Below, piece by piece: positions 56,497 through 64,000 of a stretch of 64,000 nucleotides of DNA. The DNA lies in NCBI GenBank assembly GCA_964016885.1, contig OZ024742.1, forward strand, positions 191,146,001-191,210,000, read 5' to 3'. The DNA comes from Eledone cirrhosa. Taxonomy: Eukaryota. Numbering within the stretch: position 1 is the first letter of the stretch; each line of letters opens with the position of its first letter. The notes beneath the pieces are model-generated. The model did no database searches. It was not told the DNA's origin and was given only the letters and a program-made list of their open reading frames with translations. Made by a program: the position numbers and the translations under genes.

Positions 56497-57392
56497 GCCT
56501 CACCACGATTACCACGGATATTTATTATAAACACACAGACACCCATCAATATCTGAATTTTAAGTCGTGCCATCCACCTCATACAAAACGCAACATCCCA
56601 TACTGCCTAGCCAGAAGAATTTGTACCATTGTAGAAGATACGAATACCAGGTACAAATGCCTAACAGAACTAAGAGAATTTTTGCTCAAACAAAAATACC
56701 CATCTCTACTTATAGAAAATGGCATACAGTGGGCTATAAAAATACCTATACAACAACTTAGAACAACCCAAGGAAGAAGAAACCAAGAACTGGTCATACC
56801 ATTTATAATGACACACAACCCATGTCACCAGAATATCTTCAACACTGCCAAAGCAAACCTACCGATCATTGATCAAAGTAATGAATTAAAAGGCTTAATC
56901 ACAGATCGATCTTTGACTCTTAGTAAAAGACAGCCAAAAAATTTGAAGCAATTGCTAACAAAAGCAAAGTTTGACCTTAACAACAAAGACCAATCATTCA
57001 CTGTATCTAAATGCAATGATAATCGATGCGGCACATGTCAATCCATACACGCCGGTCAATATATGAAAACAAAAACTGGAAAAATATTCCCAAATGCAAA
57101 TATGAACTGCAAAAGCAGAAATCTAATTTACTGCATTAAATGCCCGAATTGTGAAGAACTATATGTCGGTCAAACTGGAAATGCACTATCGGAACGTGCA
57201 CGGGTACACCTTCAACAAATCAGAGACCCAAATGTCCGTCAGATACCCCTAAGCGGCCACCTGGCAACATGTGGTCAGGGAATATTTATAATATTCCCAT
57301 TCTACAAATTATACAGCCCAAGTGAAATCAAGAGAAAAATCAAAGAAAAGAATGTTATTGATAAATTCAAACCCAAGCTAAATGTACAATAA
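56497..57392 (+). CDS. 5'-truncated PLE: RT thumb plus Cys-rich linker plus GIY-YIG (Neptune-like layout)
   Basis: TDIYYKHTDTHQYL..SCHP..IPYCLARRI, CNDNRCGTC, NCKSRNLIYCIKCPNCEELYVGQTG..R..H; the element continues to about 57970. Confidence 0.88.
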
Positions 57393-57757
57393 TAACGCCT
57401 AGGGGTATTACTTCTACTACCACTATGACCACGACCACTAACAACAACAACAACAACAACAATAATAATAATAATAATAAAAGTGATGTTGATGGTGATG
57501 ATTAATAGAAAATGCTATTTTCATCATTTCAAAAAAGCAAAACAATTGATACGTTGGATATGACTATTGGTCGTTAGCATGCTCAACAAGCCGTGACGCT
57601 TAAACCAATCAGCTGCAGTAATTCAGTGAAACTACACACTGATTACAGGGCTTTGCATTCTGGAGCCACTTTTCTCTGTATAAAATGTATAAAAGGTAGG
57701 AAATTTACCCATCTCATTACAGTTGAAAATTGCAAACTCGACTGTCACCACATATCA

Positions 57758-57796
57758 TGAACCTGAAGATTGCGAAAGCATGAAAGTAATTGTTCA
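57758..57796 (+). ncRNA. Minimal type I HHR in the PLE 3' region
   Basis: tgaac CTGAAGA t TGC gaaa GCA t GAAA gta ATT gttca. Confidence 0.6.
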
Positions 57797-58032
57797 ATTA
57801 ACACTTAGAATTTAATATTCTATCATACTATTTCATTATAATACCATTATATATATTTTAAAGGATTGTAAATAAAACGAGTAAATCAGACAAAATTGGA
57901 ATTCCTCTTATTAATATAATCTTCTATACACAATCATACACACCCGTGTATATTTACCTATCTATATCTATATATCTATCTATATATATATATATATATG
58001 AATATATATATATATATATTGAGTTATATATG

Positions 58033-58063
<31 letters not shown>

Positions 58064-58140
58064 ACCTATGCATACGTATGTGTATGTATTTATGTGTGTG
58101 TAGGTATATATGCGTATGTGAGTATGTATGTATGTGTATG

Positions 58141-58168
<28 letters not shown>

Positions 58169-58171
<3 letters not shown>

Positions 58172-59760
58172 AATACAATAACAGAGATAGTTTAAAGCTA
58201 ATCTCTGACTGGTAACCATCTCACTCAACAAACATTAGGTTATATTTTAATATAAACCCAATTTAAGTGTTTGGGGTTCTAACAATATGTATTATGTGGA
58301 AAAGCCAGTTGTATTATTTTATGAGATATAATTAAAGTTAAAATATATCTCTCTTTCCAAACAATTGTTTCATTATAAGTTTTCTACAAATTCGGAGAAT
58401 ATTTCCAGTTTATGTAGAAGACTAATATACATTCATGTAAGAATATATTTAGGTGGGCGTTTATAAATCATCAGTGGAAGCCCATTAAACTTTGATATAA
58501 GAAAAACATTTCTTACCACAGTTAAAATTCATGTCCGTTAAGTTGCTCCTTCCCGCATCGAATGACCGGCAAATTTGAAATTCCAGCAGTTTTTGACTGA
58601 GGAAGTATTATAGCGTCACTAAGCGGGAAGGGGAGACAACTACGATCCATGAAAGGAGAAAAAAAATAATAATATACACGCGGGTTAATCAGTTTTTTCG
58701 AAAACATTATCAATCCAACGTGTTAAGAACTCAATTGAAATTAAAAAAATAAATATATGCGTGTATAAATTACACACGCATATAGATATTTTCTTAGGCT
58801 AAAATCAGAGGTTGTAGCTGAATAAGAAACCGCATCTCGTAACCGTAGTAAATACGGAAAGTTATATTTTAAAGGGCAAATGGGAATGTAAATCTCCGGC
58901 CGAATTAAGAGTAAAATATATAACACACGCGGGTTAATTAGTTATTTCAAAACTAATATCAATTCCTCGTGTAAAGCACTTAATTAATTAAAAAAAATAA
59001 ATGTATGCATGTAATTATATATATAGGCATATATATATTTTCTTAGGCTAAAAAACAGAGAAGTTAAAACCAATAAAAACCACAATATCGCACAACAGTA
59101 ATGAATACGGAAAGTCAAATTTATAAGGTACCTGGAAATAAACACCTCTGCCCAGTCAAGAGTAAAATATTAATACAATAACAGAGATAGTTTAAAGCTA
59201 ATCTCTGACTGGTAACCATCTCACTCAACAAACAATAGGTTATATTTTAATATAAAACCAATTTAAGTGTTTGGGGTGCTAACAATATGTATTATGTGGA
59301 AAAGCCAGTTGTATTATTTTATGAGATATAATTAAAGTTAAAATATATCTCTCTTTCCAAACAATTGTTTCATTATAAGTTTTCTACAAATTCGGAGAAT
59401 ATTTCCAGTTTATGTAGAAGCCTAATATACATTCATGTAAGAATATATTTAGGTGGGCGCTTATAAAACATCAGTGGAAGCCCATTAAACTTTGATATAA
59501 GAAAAACATTTCTTACCACAGTTAAAAATCATGTCCGTTAAGTTGCTCCTTCACACATCGAATGACCGGCAAATTTGAAATTCCAGCAGTTTTTGACTGA
59601 GGAAGTATTATAGCGTCACTAAGCGGGAAGGGGAGACAACTACGATCCACGAAAGGAGGAAAGAAATAATAATATACACGCGGGTTAATCAGTTCTTTCG
59701 AAAACATTATCAATCCAACGTGTTAAGAACTCAATTGAAATAAAAAATATAAATATATAT
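58169..59760. repeat. Direct tandem duplication with 1000-bp period and an older internal duplication of about 250 bp
   Basis: 58169-58755 is nearly identical to 59169-59755; 58671-58920 resembles 58921-59168. Confidence 0.9.
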
Positions 59761-59900
59761 TTTAGAGTTAAATAAGGTTCATTTGCATTATCTAAGAATG
59801 AGTTTTACACACACATATATATGTGTGTGTTTCTATTTGGTTGTGCGTGTTTTTGATATGTATGTATATGTATGTGTATAATTGTATGGCTATGTATGTA

Positions 59901-59978
<78 letters not shown>

Positions 59979-60889
59979 TATGTGTGTGTATATATGTATA
60001 TGTGCGTGTGTGTGTGTTATGTATTTGTGTATGCGTATGTATGTGTTTATGTATATTTATGTGTGAGAGTGTGTGTATGTATTTATTTTTACGTATGTAT
60101 GTGTACGTGCCTTTGTGTGTATTGCTTACCACGTGTGTTTGTTCATTTATGTGTTGCCTGTATCGCTGCCAACTTTATAATAGTCTTTATTTTCTTTGTT
60201 ATGTCATTTATTATTATATATATTTTTTCTTATATTTATTTGCGTGTGTGAGTATGTAGAGGTGTGTTTATTTGTCTATTTCTGTGCATGCATATGTAGG
60301 CACGTGTATGTATGTGTGTATGTATGTTTATTGTATGTACGTGTGTATATACGTATGATTGTGTGTATGTATGTATGTATATGTATGTGTGTATGGCTAT
60401 GTATGTGTATGTGTATGCATATATATTTATATATATATATTTATATTTATATATATATATATGTATATATATGTGTGTGGTTATATATATGTATGTGTAT
60501 GTATGGATATGTTGATATGTATGTGTATATGTATGTATGTGTATATGTATGTGTATGCATATATATACACATATATATGTGTGTGTGTATATATGTGTGT
60601 GTATGTATGTGTGTATGTATATATATATATATAAATGTGTGTATGTATATAATTGTGTGTGTGTGTGTGTTTGCATGTGTGTTTTTATTTTATTTTTCCT
60701 TTCCTTCTTCCTTCTCCAGCCTCACTTTCATATAGATTGCATTTTTGTTTTTAAAATCCAAAGTCAATAAATCGCCAGGATTTTTTCATTCGGATGATTG
60801 AAAGCAACATTTTTTGCTTTTAAGAAACCACTGGTAAATGAAATAATTGCCTTATGTTGTTTATTACATAACTATATATATATATATAT

Positions 60890-62082
60890 AAGGATTAAAA
60901 TACCGGAGCGTGTTGGAGTTAAACACCCTCTTCGTATTATAGAAATGACAGTTAAACAGAGCCAAAAAATTAAGAGAGTAAAACAAAGAATCCTTTAATA
61001 CATCAAAAGTTTTTATTAGCCGACAATGTTTCGTCCTATTAAGGACTCATCAGGGCAATTAAAACAACAAGAAGTAATATCGGCAGATACAAGCCGGAAG
61101 TTCCGAAGAATATGGAGTGTACATACACTAAAGTCTTGCAAAAATATATAATAAAAATAAAAATAATAAAAATATATAATAAGAATAACTAAGGATGTAT
61201 ATAACATTAAGAACCATATTACAAATATAGTCCAAAGCAACTAACCTAAAGCTAAACAAAGGTGGTTATATAGAGCAGGAATTATATATAACACAATGTA
61301 ATATAATATAATACATTATAATAATATACCTTTACCAACATTAAAATTACAATTAAAAAATCAAAAGGTACAATATATACATGTATATATGTGCGCGCAC
61401 ACACACACACACATACAACAATACGCACATCTATGTTCAACTACACAAATTAAGCCTTATCATGTAAGATGTCTGTATGTTTGTAGTATTGAAATATTGA
61501 TCCTTATTACTTACTGTTCATTATATGTAACATTATGATATTTAGACTTTACATATCATGTAAGATGTCTGTATATTTTTTTCTGTACCATCATAATTTT
61601 TTCTGTACCATCATAGTGTTTTTTGAGTATTGTATAATTTATTTTTCCTCATTTGCTCTGTAACCCAGTATGAATCGATTTGTATATATTGTTTATTGTA
61701 AATGTTAGTACATTGTTAACATATTATCATTATATTATTATTGTGACATCTATATTGTTTCTGTAAATTAACCGGGGATTATCTATTATATTATATTGAA
61801 TTATATAATTTTATTGTTTATTATTTATTATATGTGTAATATATAATATTGTAATATATAATATTGGGTAATATTGTAATATATAATATTGGGTAATTGC
61901 TGGCCTTGTGCCTAAAGTAGAAACAATTATTTATTATATGTGTCTCTTGTAATGTAATTATATCATATTATTACCTCATGTATATTGGGTAGATGTATTT
62001 GTATTATTATTATTTTCACTCTTATCATGCTTATTTTTATATTCAAACTTCTAATAAGGCTTAATTTGTGTAGTTGTATTGT

Positions 62083-62123
<41 letters not shown>

Positions 62124-62548
62124 ACATATATACATGTATATATTGTACCTTTTGATTTTTTAATTGTAATTTTAATGTTGGTAAAGGTATATTATTATAA
62201 TGTATTATGTTATATTACATTGTGTTATATATAATTCCTGCTCTATATAACCACCTTTGTTTAGCTTTAGGTTAGTTGCTTTGGACTATATTTGTAATAT
62301 GGTTCTTAATGTTATATACATCCTTAGTTATTCTTATTATATATTCTTATTATTTTTATTTTTATTTTTATTATATATTTTTGCAAGACTTTAGTGTATG
62401 TACACTCCATATTCTTCGGAGCTTCCGGCTTGTATCTGTCGATATTACTTCTTGTTGTTTTAATTGCCCTGATGAGTCCTTAATAGGACGAAACATTGTC
62501 GGCTAATAAAAATGTTTGATGTATTAAAGGATTCTTTGTTTTACTCTC

Positions 62549-62553
<5 letters not shown>
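60890..62553. mobile_element. Fold-back element R (arms 60969-61460 and 62054-62553, tail 60890-60968)
   Basis: Inverted repeat of about 500 bp; (TA)n at both ends. Confidence 0.88.
62464..62506 (+). ncRNA. Canonical minimal type I HHR; mirrored at 61016-61058 (-)
   Basis: gcc CTGATGA GTCC ttaata GGAC GAAA C att GTC ggc. Confidence 0.85.
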
Positions 62554-62624
<71 letters not shown>

Positions 62625-63228
62625 ATATGGTTATCTCATGGTTACAAATATTGATGTTCCATTTAGTCAATCAACGGAGCAGAATGCTAGTAAAATGAAC
62701 ATCCAGCAGGTGTAAACCATCCATACATATTTTCAACGTTAACGTCATTCTCAGGGAGATTCGACGTTTTTTACCATCGAAACACATTGTGTAGATCGAA
62801 TTTCACGTCCGTCTTTGGTAAATAACCTTTTCACAGAATAGCACGTAACGGTGTATTAATTAATACCTCATGATAGCGAAGCGAACACCTTACCCATTCT
62901 GCCATTGTGTTTCTACATAAGCTACATTTTGCATATTTAAATACAGTGAACCTTTGCTAATTTCAAGGAACAAGGAACGTCAGTATTTGCGGAGCCAGTT
63001 CAGTATTAAGAATGAACAAATACTAAACTGCACTACGTTGGGTATGGAATATTGATTTTGGTTTATCGTGCACCTAATGCAATTGCTATATATTCCTGTG
63101 ATATCAGTAGATATCTCTACGAAACAACATACATACATACATATATATAAATATATATGCTTAGTACTACCCTTTCATATTTATAATTATATATAACACA
63201 TATATAAGTATAAATATTATTATTATTG

Positions 63229-63275
<47 letters not shown>

Positions 63276-63283
63276 CATACATA

Positions 63284-63386
<103 letters not shown>

Positions 63387-63451
63387 GTGTGCGTGTGTAG
63401 TTAAAAATGAACGAACAAAACATAGGAGGCAATGGTACACAGATATGTATG

Positions 63452-63489
<38 letters not shown>

Positions 63490-63624
63490 ATTTCTCTATC
63501 TTTTGTTTATAATTGTATTTCCACAATGATATTAAAATAAATATCTCTAAAATAAATATACTTCAACGACTTTGACGTTGCATATTTCAAACGAGATAAA
63601 AGAGAACAATGTACATATATATAT

Positions 63625-63659
<35 letters not shown>

Positions 63660-63726
63660 CTCTCTCAGTCTCTCTCGAACTATGCAGTGATAGCTTGATG
63701 AAATTATTTAGTGTTATTTGACACAT

Positions 63727-63772
<46 letters not shown>

Positions 63773-64000
63773 AACGTTTGCTCTTGCGCGCCTCATATAA
63801 TAAAGAGTTAAGATTTTTTAAATCATGATATGTATGACAAGTGGGAAAATAAATGATGTGAACTGCTTAAGTGTATTGAACAAGTTTCTGTGCTATAACT
63901 GACAATCATGCGATCCATTACACCAAATTGAAGTGGCTGTGTCCAGTCATAACATTAGCACTTAACGCCTTACTTTATAAACCACAACTGCTTAAGATAG

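Overview
Eukaryotic, very AT-rich, repeat-dominated window with no recognisable host protein-coding gene. The SINE family and the abundance of (TA)n suggest an octopus-like cephalopod genome, which is an inference. Most ORF-track entries are microsatellite read-throughs. Real content: (1) four Penelope-like element (PLE) RT/GIY-YIG bodies at 46.0-47.4, 52.0-53.9, 54.7-56.0 and 56.5-57.4 kb, plus GIY-YIG remnants at 29.3 and 30.5 kb; (2) about 17 fold-back (palindromic) insertions from about 12 unrelated families, almost all sitting inside (TA)n tracts. These share one architecture: an inverted short arm, a long arm and a 30-140 nt unpaired tail, and most carry a type I hammerhead ribozyme (HHR). 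Several families use the compensatory U3-A8 core (UUGANAA) instead of CUGANGA. (3) Tandem HHR-containing, retrozyme-like units; (4) more than 15 copies of a tRNA-derived SINE; (5) remnants of CRE-like and RTE-like non-LTR retrotransposons and a probable non-autonomous Helitron; (6) a 3.5 kb GT-rich minisatellite, a (GTA)n tract and a 1000-bp-period duplication. All ribozyme calls come from manual pairing by eye, not covariance-model searches.
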